Positions 11,855-24,012 of a DNA stretch of 64,000 bases are shown here, in pieces. The DNA lies in contig CBFFRQ010000042.1 of assembly GCA_965644315.1 (NCBI GenBank), forward strand, positions 310,001 to 374,000, in the 5' to 3' direction. A program made the translations under genes and the position numbers. This DNA comes from Caecitellus pseudoparvulus. Taxonomy: Eukaryota > Protista > Bigyra: Bicosoecida. Within the stretch, counting starts at the first letter, position 1. Each line of letters opens with the position of its first letter. The notes under the pieces are model-generated. The model made no database searches. It saw only the letters and a list, made by a program, of their open reading frames with translations, and was not told the origin of the DNA.

Positions 11855-13727
11855 TCAAACGGGAAGGAGGATGTCCTCGACAAAGTGGTCACACAGCAAG
11901 GGCCCAAACTGAGCCCGACGCATATCGAATGCCTGCTCCGAAAACGTACTCCTTGGTGTGCCCATCACACACGACGCCAGCGTCAGCACCGCCTTGTCCA
12001 ACCAGCCCAGCATCTTCCCCGTCGCCTTGCCCCCCGGCGCCCACGAGTGCCACACTGCGCACGTATCAGGCAACATGTAGTCGTGCACGTGCTCCTGAGC
12101 GGGGTCCTGCACCCGCACGAACGGCGGCAAGGTGCCGGACGCGGTGCCCGCCCCCTTGCACATCTGGGTCAGCGCGGTCATGAGGTCGTCCAGCGTGAGG
12201 ATGCGGTGCACCTGCAGGCCAAGCAGGCTGGAGAGCGCGGGGGACGTCGTGGCGTTGGCGGGAGCAGCAGCACGCCGTGCGCGAGCCGAGCGGTACTGGC
12301 CAGCCAGCACAGGGAGCACGGCCATGGGGCGGCCTGGTGTGCCTGCCGCTGCGTCGGTGGGCGACAGGGCGGGTGTGAAGGGGGGCAGTGGCACTTCCTT
12401 GTGCAGGAGGGCCAGGAGGGCCTTGGGGTCATTGCTGGCGATGTAGATGTTGTGCATGTCGAAGCGGGCCAAGGCATCTGCGGCGCCCGCCACATACTGC
12501 TCGTCGCTGATGAAGCAATCCTCCATCTTCACGCAGGAGGCTGCCCAGTCGCCCCGTCTGACGTGCACGCCGACGACACGTGCGGCGGGTCCGTATGCGG
12601 CGGCGAGCATCCAGGCGGCGACGGCGTGCAGGGAGTGCGACAGCAGCGTCGGGGGGCCCGTTTCCTCGTGCAAGCCCACATAGAAGATATGCCTTCGAGG
12701 AATGACCACAAGCTGGTGCTTTTGAGTCCGCTCAGCTTCTGCACGTGCTTGCAGCCAGCCCTTGTCGTCCTTGCGCCAGCCTGCAGGCCAGGCAGCCACT
12801 GGAAGCGAAGCAGGACCCACGTGCGCAGACTCTTCAGATCGCCAGGCCACACTACAGCCTTCATCTGTGATGTCATGGGGGACCCACCCCGCGCTGGCAT
12901 TGCCTTGGTACAGCTTCCCGTCCAACTTGCCCGCTTCCCCTGACCAGTGGACCACGGCGTCGATGCCTTGCAGTGCGTTCGGACCAGAGGCCCCACCGCC
13001 CATTTTGGACAGGGCTAGTGATACCCAGCATGTTGTAAGTTGAGCTGCAACGTGGGCAGCTTCCGGTGCCCAGCGTTTCACTTGGTGTGTTGGCATGCCG
13101 TTCAGACAGCCTGGCAGCACCACCATGGCATCCAAGCTCAGCCCTGTCACCATCAATCCCTTGATAGCAAGCTCCATGTTTGATGCCCTACCGTACTTTG
13201 TTCGTGGGTCCAATGCCAACAACAAATTGGGAGGCTGCCTGCCATCAGAGCAAAAAGCGTGGCGCAGTGCTGGCTCCGAGAGGTTCACACGCTTGACATC
13301 CTCGAACACAGGCGAGGAGGATGGCAAAGGAGTTCCTGATAGAGAGGCACTTGGGGTGCATGAGGCCGTTGGCGAGGTTGACGCTAGGAGCGAGGGCGTC
13401 GCACTTGGGGTTGGTTCTGCGTGTCTATGGCGGCCTGAGCTGCTCCCGTCTGCCGCGCGTGCACCATCGCCCCCGAGTGCGGTGGAGTTCTGCTCGGGGC
13501 CATCTGATCGCAAAGAAGGAGTTGGATGTGTCTTGCCCGCCTGACTTGGGATCCCAAGTGCCAGATCTGCAGAAAGCAAGCATGCGTCGTGCAGCGTTGC
13601 GAGACAGTGCCAACTTCAGCAGTGCTCTCTCACAAGCAACCACCGACACAAGCAGCAAGGCAACAGGAGAAAATCGATGGCATGCAGTTAGCTCTGCTTC
13701 CTGGTGGTCGCTAGCACTGCCAGCCAT
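11855..13727 (-). CDS. O-fucosyltransferase-like glycosyltransferase, copy 2; intron 13567-13633
   Basis: Same VHVRRGD/IYIASND/GTPRSTFS motifs. Splicing gives the signal anchor VALLLVSVVAYLALG; the intron is at the same position as in copy 1. Confidence 0.75.
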
Positions 13728-14370
13728 GCTCTGTGGTCAGCTGCTGAGCACGTCTTGGGGGAGTGGAAATGTCGCCTGGAGGCAATCTCGCTCCTGCGTC
13801 CAATGGCGTGCTGTGAACACTCAGGGAGATCAGTTTTCATTGATGCCTGAACGTATTGTTGAGACGTGATCCATATTGTGTTGCGAAAATCTCTCAAAGC
13901 TGCTGGCGTGCTTGAGCCTCGCCATTTTTTCTCTCTTCTGCACCATCGCGTGACAGCCACGGAAAACGTGCGAAACCTTCTCCGCACACGGCTTGCCTGC
14001 GCCAGGTGTGCAATCACAGGAAGCAAAGTATGTCACTCTCTACTATGGCAGAATGCTGCGCGCCCAGGTCCACTTTCCGCGCCGGAGCGTGACGCGGCGT
14101 CTGGGTTCAACGTAACCGCACTTGGCCGCAGACCGCAGCCACCAAGACCGCTCGCGGCAGCAGCTGGTGAGGGCTTCAGTGGCGTGAGAATGCTATTTTA
14201 CAGTTCTTTCCAAACCTTAAACTCATACACACCCAAGCTCGATGCGATATTTGAAGCCCAGTTCTCGTTTCACAGCGCTTCAAATCAGCACTTGTCTTTG
14301 CCGTGGACAGCCCCTCGCGCGTGTCCGAGAAGTGAGGGGCCAATTTCCGCTGCAGCGCGGCCGACAAGCC

Positions 14371-15773
14371 ATGCAACAGGCCCTGCGGGTTCTCACTGAC
14401 TGGAGGGCCTTCCCCATACTAGCAACATTGCTACTGGTTGGGGATGCCGCCCTCACATACTTCATCATCGATCGCGTGCCATGTGAGTGACGGCTGAAGG
14501 GGTGCTCGGGCTGGCGTGGCTGGCGTGCACCCTCGCTGCACTTCCTCGCACACCAGACACTGAGATTGACTGGATTGCGTATATGCAGGAGGTGCGGGGG
14601 TTTCTGCAAGGCGAGAGGGATTACCTGCAGATGCGAGGCGACACAGGTCCCCTCGTGTACCCTGCTGTGTTTGTTTACGTGTACGCTTGGCTGCATGAGC
14701 TCACGGGCGGGGGCGAGGACATTCGCCTTGCTCAGTGGCTGTTCGGGGGCGTGTATCTTGCCACCACTGCCCTGGTGCTGTTTATTTACGCCAAGGCTCG
14801 TGTGACTCCGCCGTGGGTGGCGATCTTCCTCGTGGCCTCTCGTCGCGTGCACTCCATCTTTGTCCTGCGCCTGTTCAACGACGGGCTGGCCATGCTGCTG
14901 CTGTACGCGGCCATAGCGCTGTATATTTCGCGGGCCAAGCTTGCAGGCTGCTTCATTTTTTCCTTGGCTGTGGGGATGAAGATGAACATCTTGCTCTTTG
15001 CCCCTGGTTTGCTCGTGCTCATGCTGCGCGGGTCCGGTGTGCTGGGGACGGCTGTGGAGTTGGCAGTTTGCGCAGGCGTGCAGCTGGTCACTGGCGCGCC
15101 CTTCCTGCTGACCTACCCCGTTTCCTACTTGACCAAGGCGTTTGAGTTGTCCCGTGTGTTCACGTACAAGTGGACCGTGAACTGGCGGTTCTTGCCGGAG
15201 GAGGTGTTCGTGTCCAAGCCTCTTGCGCTGGCCCTCCTGGCTGGGCACTTGCTGTGCTTGGGCCTGCTACTGTGGAGGTGGGGAAGGCATCGCCCTGTCT
15301 CTGTCCAGGGAGGGTCAGGGAAGCAGGCAAGGGAAGTCAAGAGCTCAGGTGGGGCGGCTGCATCGCTGCAGCTTGCGGCAGGTGCAGCCGAGCACCGTGA
15401 TGCAGCTGGCTACCAAGTCCTGGTACTGTTCATGTCCAACTTCATCGGCGTGGCGTTTGCCCGGACGCTGCATTACCAGTTCTACTCTTGGTACTGGCAT
15501 GCACTTCCAATGCTCGCATTCCTTGTGTTGGGCGGGGTGGGTGTGTGGAGGCACCAGACTGCTGTCGCTGCCTCGACATGGTCACGGCATGGTCTTCTGT
15601 GTCTGGGTATGCTCCTGCTCATCGGGTGCATTGAGTTGGCTTTCAACGTCTTCCCTGCAACGTGGTGGAGCAGCGCCTTGCTGCAGGCCGCACATGCAGT
15701 GCTGTTGCTGGGCCTATTCTCACTTCGCCCCGAGGACTTTGACCAGTCAGTGGATGCCAAGAAAGCCAATTGA
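14371..15773 (+). CDS. ALG3: Dol-P-Man:Man5GlcNAc2-PP-Dol alpha-1,3-mannosyltransferase; intron 14483-14556
   Basis: VPYTEIDWIAYM, GDTGPLVYPA, RRVHSIFVLRLFND, FTYKWTVNWRFL, FARTLHYQFYSWY; C-terminal KKxx ER-retrieval signal (KKAN). Confidence 0.96.
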
Positions 15774-15859
15774 TTCGTGTTGCTTGAAACCACCAGAGGC
15801 AGAGCCAGGTGGGTGGCAGCAGCGCTTGCTGGGCTTGGGTCCCGGCCGCTGCGCACGCC

Positions 15860-17110
15860 ATGGCGGCTGGAGGTGCCGAGGCGCAAGGAAAGACGCGATT
15901 CTTGTCAAAGCAGTGGTCTGCCAGGCTGCACAAGGACAGTGTTGTGGCTTTGTTGCCACACAAGGCTGGTTTTCTGTCGCTGGGGTGAGTGCAGGCGCTG
16001 CTGCGTGCCTTGCTGGCTCGATTTCCGCAGCTGGCACGTCAGCCTTTGTCGCCCCTGCTCAGGGAGGACAAAGTGATTCAGTACTTGGAGGCGGTGACTA
16101 CCTCAGATGGACATCATGAGCTGGAAATTCGCTCAACCTTCGAGCTCGCTGCATCTCCTGAGTGTGCTTGTGTCGTTGAAGAGGAGAGCAAGGCTCTGAT
16201 ACTGGTCGGCGGCACAAGTGGCCAAGTTGACTTGCTGAGCCTAGAAGAAGACACGTGGGCAGTGGAGGGCAGGTGGAACTTGGGCGATGAAGACATATCC
16301 TGTGTCACGGCAGTATCGGGGTCAGGCACTCTGGTGGCGGTCGCAGGTGACGACGCTGGCTGCCTGTGGCTGCTTGAGCCGGCTGCCGGGGAGGCGGCCG
16401 CGAAGGGCACTAAGCTGGCGCATGGCCATGGTGCTGGCGTGGGATGTGTGTCTCTGCTCCAGCCTGCCTCCTCTGACCTCCTGCTGTTTTCTGCGGCGTA
16501 CGACTGCACAGTACTCGCACAATCCATAGGGGGCACTGCAGCGTCCCCATCGTCGGTGGTCTGGGAGTCCAAGGTGGAGGCGCTACCTCCCTTGGACCTC
16601 GCGGCCCGAGGGAGTGCTCCTGTGGAGAGCGCCGGTGCAGGGAGCATGAGCAATCCCCCCTTCCCTCACGCCTGCGCCGTGGTGGGGGATAGCCTGGCCC
16701 TGGCCTGCGGCGACGGCGTCGTGCGCCTGCTGCGCTGCGACACAGGCTCCTTACACGGCATTGTTGTTGGTCTGCATACCGCTGCAGTGACTGTGGTGGC
16801 GCCACTTCCTGGCAGTGTGTGCGACGGCGGTGTGTTGGCCGGGGGCATGGATGGCAAGGTGGGAGCTTGGCGCCTGCGGTCGGCGCCTGCAGATCCCGAG
16901 GCAGTGGACGTCTTGACGCCGCAGAACGACACCATGTGGCTTGCGCGGCTGCCTCAAGATGCAGGAGCCGGCAAGCGCTGGAGCGCCAACGCCATGGCTG
17001 GCCTGGCACTCGACGATCCCGGCGTGCTCTTGGTCGCCGTCGCTCCCGCAGGCGAACGGGCCTCTGAGAGCGGCCGTATACTGCTGTACACGTTGAATGC
17101 ACTGCCTTGA
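15860..17110 (+). CDS. WD40-repeat protein, WDR53-like; intron ~15985-16062
   Basis: Spliced LHKDSV..FLSLGEDKVIQY; repeats AGDDAGCLWL, FSAAYDCTV, NPPFPHACAV..ACGDGVVRL, HTAAVTVV..AGGMDGKVGAW. Confidence 0.7.
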
Positions 17111-17202
17111 GCCGCGAGCAGCATGGCAGGTGGGTGGGCAAGGTGTGTGTGGGAGCAGGCCAGTGCCGGGGTTCCGCAAACTGCATTTCTACGCCAGAGA
17201 GT

Positions 17203-17731
17203 TTAGGCGCTGTCAGCCTTGGCAACCAGCTCAGTCAGAGCCAGGTCGGCCTCGCCCTGTGCACACGAGACGGGGGCAGGGCCGAGTGCAGGCGAGCTGT
17301 GCACGCCGCGCAACGTGCTTTTGCGCGGCTGAAACGCTGGGGCGCAGACACACCTTGGCGCGGATGAAGCCGCACAGAGCGTAGGTCTGGTAGTCGCCCT
17401 CGTACTTGCCGGTGGTGGGGTCAATGTCAGCAACGTTGATCTGTGATGCAATTCGCCCGTCGCCACGTGTGTGCCGCCGCGGAAAAAGGCATGTTCCCAG
17501 CCGCAGCTGCCCAACTCTGCTCTGCACGCACCTGCACGGAGGCATGGTCCTTGGCCGCGATCAGGCGGTTGGTCCAGGAGCTGCGAACACAAATGGGGTG
17601 ATGCATGCCCCTTTCGCCGCTTAGGCGCCCTGCTGCGCCAGCAGCGGTATTGCCGCTCGAGATGATGGTGCTGGTACGCACCACTTGCGGGGGATGTACA
17701 GATCCACCTTCTCGCCGGAAGCAGACTGCAT
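17203..17731 (-). CDS. RPS21: 40S ribosomal protein S21 (eS21), 3 introns
   Basis: [57 protein letters not shown]. Confidence 0.96.
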
Positions 17732-18127
17732 TGTGGACGCTGGTTGTATGGGGTGAGCTCCGAACAACAAGGGGCAGGAGGGCCTCGAGCTGGCTTGCGC
17801 GATTGAAGGCTGTGGATGCTGGAAAGTGGACGCGGTGCGGCACTGGTGCAGCTTGAGCTTGCGTTGGCCAGGCACCTGCAGACTTCCAGCGCTGACGCCG
17901 CTCCAGTGCGCCGTGCTGCAACATAAACAAAGCACCAAGTGTGCCGTGCACTTCAGTGCGCCGTGCCTTTGGCAATTGCCCTTGCTTGTGACACGCTGTC
18001 TGGCACCGCCTGCCCGCGCTGCGTGTGAAGCGGTCACCTGCGCGGCGAGGAGACGCTGGGGATTGCTCAGCCCTTGTGAGTGCTACCAGCATCCCAATCC
18101 ACTTGTGAGCAAGGTGCTTCTTCCGCC

Positions 18128-21100
18128 ATGAGCAGCGGAAGGCCCCCTCCGGCCCCGCCTGGCATGTCTGCTTCAGCAGAGCGGGAGGAAGCAAATTCCG
18201 CAAGTGCACCCTCGCTGCCCTCAGCCCACGCCGGGCCCGAGGCGGAAGTGGGAGCAGGGCGGTCGCAGCAAAGTAGACGCAGAAGCCATTCACGGGGAGG
18301 GCCGCTACCCCCCTCGGGACCGCCCTCTGGGGCACCACAGCGCCCCAAGTCACTGTTGCAGCCGCAAGCAGACTCGGCACCTGCAGCAGCTGCCTCCCCT
18401 GCTTCAGCCGAGCCTCCGCGCCCCCGCTCTCTCAGCGGTAGCAGGGACTCCATCGGCAGCCACACACACTCCTTGACGTCTGACTCGTCCATGCCGTCTG
18501 GCGTGCAGTCCGTGCCCACCCACCCCGCATCTGGGCGCAGCCGGCGCCTGGACATGGAGGAGGCTGCGGCGCCCAGCGGCCAGTCCGTGCCTCCACCGCA
18601 GCGCGCCTGGCCAGCGCCGATGGGCGCAAGTCGTGGAGTGGCAGCAGGCATCACACGAGAGCAAAAGGTTGCGGCGACGCTTGCGCGAGCGAATGCCACC
18701 CTGGCCCACTTCCGGCACCGCACCAGCCCAGGCGCAGCGCCAGCCGTCACCACCGTGCACCTCGCCACGTCACCAGTCTGGCAGGGGGAAGCACGCCCCC
18801 CAGCACCCACGCCAACCACTGCACCGTATCAGCACCATCCTGCGCGAGTGCCTTCCCCACCACCTTCTGCCTCACGACTCCCAGGCACAGGTTTGCCCGG
18901 TGCAAGGGTGCTGTTTTCATCGGCTGCGTCGCCAGCGGCCAGCAGCCCTCCCTTCAGCCTGGCCAGCCTCCTGCCGCCAGCGCCGGCCGGATCCTCACTG
19001 CAAAGTCCAGCGAAAGAGCTGTCTGCACCCACTGACCAGCTGGCCGCTTCATCTGTCGCCGATGCAGTGCAGCAGGAGCGCAAACGAGCTGACGAAGCAG
19101 AAGCTGCGTTGCAAGCGGCAGAGTCACAGCTGCAAGCTGCCCAAGAAGCCTGTAGGCTCTTGAAGCGGAGAGTGCAGGATTTGGAGGAATCCAGAGATGC
19201 AGCCGCAGCTGACGCGTTGGCAAAGGCACACACGCAGCAGCGCCGCTGGGCAACACTTGCAGCTAACCTCGCAGCAGCTGGCGTGAAGGTGTCAGGTGAC
19301 GGCGACGACATCGAAGTACACGTTAAGCATGGCGATGGGAACGTTGCTGACCAAGTGCGCCGCCTGGTACCCTTGCCCGCCGCTACGGCGCAAGCTGTGC
19401 TTGCGGCAGTGCAGGCTGAGCGAGAGCGCGCCGAAGAGCGCGAGGCTGCCCTCCGCGAGGAAGCCACCGCTTCCACACGCTGGTACAAGGACGCAGCCCT
19501 GCGTGCGGCGGCAGAAGCCAGCTCAGAGCGTGACCAAGCGCACCTGGCGAGCCTGGACGCCGTCGCTCAGGCCAGCCGTGACCGGGCAGCCTTTGAAGAA
19601 CGTGTGCGTGAGAAGACCGCGGGGGTGGTGGCAGCGCTGCGCGCAGAGATGGCCACACTGGAAGGCGAGTTGGCCGCATCCACGGCACGCCAGAAGGCAC
19701 TGGAAACTGAAGTACCCAAGCACTTTGAAGCACACTGCCGCAGCTTCGAAAGCCGCATGCGAGGGAAAGCATCCGCTGCCATCTCGGCCATTCGGCATGC
19801 CAGCGAAGTGGCGGCACGGCAGCACTACACACGGCAGCTGCAGGCAGCACAAGACCACATCAAAGGTGCACTGCTGGCACAGTCGCGGGCCGGCAGTGTG
19901 GATGTTGCTGCACTGGATTCGCTGTTTGCCGACTTGCACCTGCGTCCTGTGCTAGCAACTGCCGGGACGCCATCTTCCACGCCCGTGGCGGCGTTCCAAG
20001 AGCTCTTTAGTGGAGACACGGAGGCAAACCTCCCTGAGTGGGACTTCTTCTCTTCGTCTCACCCTTCTCCCGCCACTGCGCCTGTACCCACATCCTTCCC
20101 TATCGCCCGCACTCCTCGCCCACAGCCAAGTCCTCACGCGCCGGGCCCAGTCTCAGTGCCCACACCCACACCAGCGCCTGAGCCGGCTCCAGCTCCAGCT
20201 CCAGCTCCAGCTCCAGCCCCAGCTCCAGCTCCAGCTCCAGCTCCAGCTCCAGCTCCAGCTCCAGTTCCGGTTCCAGCTCCAGCTCCAGTTCCGGCACTTT
20301 CTCGAGCTGTACAGCAGCCGACTGGGTCATCCACGGTTGAGCCCCCAGTTAGTGCCGGGCCAGGCACGCAGCAGCCTGCGCTGAATTCCGCAACTCGTGG
20401 AGACGCTCCTCAGAAGCCTCTCGCTGAGGCCCAAGTGCCGCACATCAAGGCACCACATCCTGAGAGCAGCGTCGTAGAAAGAGCAGACGCTGTCCCAAGT
20501 GCAGTGCCCCCCACTCCTCCCGCTCCGCCAGGCGAGCGCTCTGCAGCGCCTCGCCAGGCACACGCTGCTCCACCAGGCGCCCGCGGTGCACCACCACGTG
20601 GGGCACCCCCAGGTGTCTCACATCCGATGATGCACAAGGCGGGGCAGGACCCTGCGGGACATGGTGGCCACCCGGCCGAGAAGCGGTCTGCGCTCGCTCA
20701 GCTCGCGAGCCCCAGCGACAGCGGCAGCGAGGATGGCTTGTACCCAGTGCAAAGCTCTCCCAGGGAGGCATGGGATGGAGTGCACCCTAGCACCCAGCAG
20801 CGTGCGTCGGGCTCGGGCCTTCCCCGCCGTCGAGGGCTCTCCCAGCGCCCGAAGCCGAAGAGGCTGAGCGGTGCCAGTGCTGCCAGTGAGCAGTCCCAGG
20901 AATCTGTCGCCAGTTCCCATGGAAGCCAAGGTGTCAAGCGCGAGGAATTACACCGTGCCCTCTTTGCAGATGCTTCTTCCTTTCAACGGACACCGAGGAA
21001 AGCCCGAGGGCGCAAGCCCGGTGTCCAGCACAAACAGGTCATCCACGACGCAGGTTCACCTGTAAACCCGACCAGGGCTCGCCGCCTTCGTCGCGAAGCA

Positions 21101-21163
21101 GAAATAAGAAGCGGCTCCCCCCGAACTGAGCGGGACAAGCTGCGTAGTCGTATCTTCCGATAG
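18128..21163 (+). CDS. Hypothetical ~1010-aa protein: disordered Ser/Pro-rich ends, central coiled coil, (PA)n linker
   Basis: Long uninterrupted ORF with GCCATG start; heptad-rich Ala/Glu/Arg region at ~19050-19880; no recognisable domain. Confidence 0.7.
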   Translation: MSSGRPPPAPPGMSASAEREEANSASAPSLPSAHAGPEAEVGAGRSQQSRRRSHSRGGPLPPSGPPSGAPQRPKSLLQPQADSAPAAAASPASAEPPRPRSLSGSRDSIGSHTHSLTSDSSMPSGVQSVPTHPASGRSRRLDMEEAAAPSGQSVPPPQRAWPAPMGASRGVAAGITREQKVAATLARANATLAHFRHRTSPGAAPAVTTVHLATSPVWQGEARPPAPTPTTAPYQHHPARVPSPPPSASRLPGTGLPGARVLFSSAASPAASSPPFSLASLLPPAPAGSSLQSPAKELSAPTDQLAASSVADAVQQERKRADEAEAALQAAESQLQAAQEACRLLKRRVQDLEESRDAAAADALAKAHTQQRRWATLAANLAAAGVKVSGDGDDIEVHVKHGDGNVADQVRRLVPLPAATAQAVLAAVQAERERAEEREAALREEATASTRWYKDAALRAAAEASSERDQAHLASLDAVAQASRDRAAFEERVREKTAGVVAALRAEMATLEGELAASTARQKALETEVPKHFEAHCRSFESRMRGKASAAISAIRHASEVAARQHYTRQLQAAQDHIKGALLAQSRAGSVDVAALDSLFADLHLRPVLATAGTPSSTPVAAFQELFSGDTEANLPEWDFFSSSHPSPATAPVPTSFPIARTPRPQPSPHAPGPVSVPTPTPAPEPAPAPAPAPAPAPAPAPAPAPAPAPAPVPVPAPAPVPALSRAVQQPTGSSTVEPPVSAGPGTQQPALNSATRGDAPQKPLAEAQVPHIKAPHPESSVVERADAVPSAVPPTPPAPPGERSAAPRQAHAAPPGARGAPPRGAPPGVSHPMMHKAGQDPAGHGGHPAEKRSALAQLASPSDSGSEDGLYPVQSSPREAWDGVHPSTQQRASGSGLPRRRGLSQRPKPKRLSGASAASEQSQESVASSHGSQGVKREELHRALFADASSFQRTPRKARGRKPGVQHKQVIHDAGSPVNPTRARRLRREAEIRSGSPRTERDKLRSRIFR
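20186..20294 (+). repeat. (CCAGCT)n coding hexamer repeat giving a Pro-Ala linker
   Basis: About 17 tandem CCAGCT/CCAGTT units visible. Confidence 0.95.
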
Positions 21164-21418
21164 AGAGGCAAGAACTGACAAGATCGCCCGAGCGCTCGGA
21201 ACAGTGCGTAATGTAGTTGAACCCTCCATCACAATGAGGCTGCCTGCAGAAACTCCCCCCGCCCGGGATCGCGACTTTCTTGTAAACAGCGGTTCACACA
21301 ACAATTCTACGGGGAGTGAACGCGGTGCGCAGCAGCACTGCGGCGGGCGTCAGCGGCTTGGTGCCCGGAGGATACCCGTGTCCAATTCGCACTGCGCTCA
21401 AGTGTGCGCACGGTCAAC

Positions 21419-23651
21419 ATGGCCAGCAGGGAGCCTTTGGGCGACACAGCATCAGAAGCCCCATCCACCAAGGGCGAGTTAAAGGATGTCTGCGATGACT
21501 TTACCATCAATCGCCGTGACTTGCTGGGACACGGGGCATTTGCCGACGTGTATGCTGCCGAGAGCAAGGCTAGTGGCCAGCACGTGGCAGTGAAAGAGTT
21601 CCGATTGAGCAGCTCTGGCAGGACACAAGAAGCTCGGGAAGACATGCTTGCTGCATGCCGGGCTGAAGTGCGCAACATGGAGTTGGTGCGTGGACGGCGC
21701 GGCGCAGATGGCTCAAAGCGCACGCCATGTCAACGCCAGACGGCACCTTGTTGCCAACGCAGGTGAGGCAACGTCTGCCGGAAAGCTGCCCCGTGCTCTT
21801 TTCCCTCGGCACATACACGAAGAACTCAGACCTGCGGCTTCCGAATGCGGCTGGCGGTCAGTACCTCGGTGAGTTCAGAGCGACGGCATTCGGCGCAAGG
21901 CGAGCCGAGGGCAAGGCTCAAACGCACGTGAAACCCCTGCGTTTCCACATTCCCACCAGCCATGGTCATGCCACGAGCAGAAGGGGACCTCTTTGATGCG
22001 ATGGAGCGCAGCATGCAGAGCGAAGAAGGCATTTCATACGATGCTGTTGCCTCTGCGATGGCTGACAGTTTGCGGGGACTTCAGGGCATGCATGATGCTG
22101 GCTTGGTGCACCGGGACGTGAAGCTGGAGAACCTCCTCCTCGTCCCAGGGCACACCGCAGACCTGCCTCAAGTGCTGCTGGCTGACTTTGGCTTTGTTGC
22201 CGTCTTAGGGCCGGACGGCACGGTCCGGGCTGACGTGTCCGACGTCGTCGGCACGCTAAATGCCCTAGCACCAGAAGTCTTCTCAAATGGCGCCTACTCC
22301 ACCAAGTCAGATGTCTGGGCCCTTGCGTCCGCCTTCTACACGCTGTGCTTTCAGCAGTACCCAGTTGATCCGGTCAAGATGCGGACACAGTACCGCCGCA
22401 TGTGCAGACACCCGAACCCAAGCAGCGCCGCTCCCGCGCTGGCGAGCTTCATTTCAAGGTCCACGAAGCAGGCACTCCAGCTCGAGCAAGGGTCCCAGGA
22501 AGAAAGTTCAAGAGCTGCCCTGCTCGACCTTCTCGGGGCCATGCTTGAAATTGAGCCCTCGGCGCGAGCTTCCGTTGCTGATGCGCTGGGTCACCCGTTC
22601 CTGTTGGAGCACGGCCAAGCGGCTCGAGGGGGCTCCCTACCAGCATCTGCCGAGGAGCTTCGCAGGTTCAAAAATCGCCATCGAGTGCGCGAAGCTGCCC
22701 AGAATGTTGGAGAAGGGAAGTTTGCGGCTCTGCTGAGCAGCCTGCGACACGTGCTGGGTGGGCGAGACATGCCACCCATGCGGCTAGAGAGCATCTGGGG
22801 GGCGTTTCGACTGGGACTGGGCCAAGATGGAAGAGGCACACAGGGAGCAGCAGAGTCCCCACTCTCGGGGGGTGGTGGCCCACTCCGTTGTGTGTCGGAG
22901 AAAGACAGTGGCTTGGACCGAGGCCAGTTCGAGGTTACCATGAAAGCTCTCGGGCTCGGGGATGTCAACTTTTCGCGCCTCTTCGCTGTTTTTGACACAG
23001 ATGGCAACGGAACAGTGGACTACAAAGAGATGGTAGCTGGGCTGGCGCTGGTACAAGGCCCATCCGAAGCTGCATTGGAGGTGAGTCATCCTGCGTTGCC
23101 CATGAAGCCAGTCGTGCAAGCCAACGACTTGCGTGGAGTCCGCTGCCCCTGACAGATTTGTTTCGCTGCATTTGACCTGGACGGCAACGGGGCTCTGGAT
23201 GCATACGAGCTGGGGAACTTCGTGTCAATGCTTGACACTGGCAGCAAGAGCGCAAACCAAGACTTGCGAGACAGTGCGTCGCGCCCTGCGCGCCTGTCTG
23301 GTCGCTGCGCCAGACCCCAACCCCCCTCATACGTGCACCACAGACTTGGAGACCGCCTTTGTTCGCATGGACGTGAACGGTGACGGGATGGTGTCCTGGG
23401 ATGAGTTCAAGCACGGCGTGCAGGCTGATCCATTCCTAGCAAACATGCTGCTGGGCAAGATGCAAGCAGTGGGAGGGCGGCGTGTATCAGGGTGGAGGAT
23501 CAGCACTGAAGCGGAGCAAGAAGACATCATGAGGGCAGTGACTCCAAGGTGCAGCACGGCTGTGGACCGTGGAGCACTGGAGGCCGCTCGAGAGCTGTCA
23601 GCTGAGGCAGGTGGGAAGGGTGGCGCAGGGGGATGCTGTGTTGTGATGTAG
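21419..23651 (+). CDS. Ca2+/calmodulin-dependent Ser/Thr kinase with 3 EF-hands (CCaMK/CDPK-like) and C-terminal CaaX; introns 21686-21762, 21869-21959, 23081-23155, 23274-23343
   Basis: LGHGAFADVY, VAVKE, HRDVKLEN, DFG, GTLNALAPE, DVWA; EF loops DTDGNGTVDYKE, DLDGNGALDAYE, DVNGDGMVSWDE; ends GGCCVVM*. Confidence 0.88.
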
Positions 23652-24012
23652 GCAGGAGAACAACATTTGCCTTGACAGGGGAAGTTGTGCCACTCGGTGT
23701 GACCGTCGAACTCACCCGTGTGTGTCTGTTGAAGTTTGTGTCCGAGGGCGGCCAGAGGCTGTCGTCAGCGCTGGCCGCAGACACTCGCCCGCTTGGGAGT
23801 CGACGGGTATGGATCGCACTTGCTTGTGCACGGCAAAGTGGTGTAGCGAGATGGCCAAGCTTGCCCACATACTCAACGCAGAGGCTGCTTCAAATTCACA
23901 ATAGCAGTCCCCAGCGGACACACTTCCATTTGGGGACAGACGCTGATGCTTCACGCACTTTGACCACGAAGACGTTGCCCTCCACATTTCGATTTCCGCA
24001 GGCGTGCCAGAG

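Noticed and set aside
9739-12804. Duplicated block as LTRs or a transposon
   Set aside because: The repeats are coding parts of two paralogous GT genes; no transposase, RT or target-site duplication.
20186-20294. CRISPR-like array
   Set aside because: Simple hexamer coding repeat without spacers.
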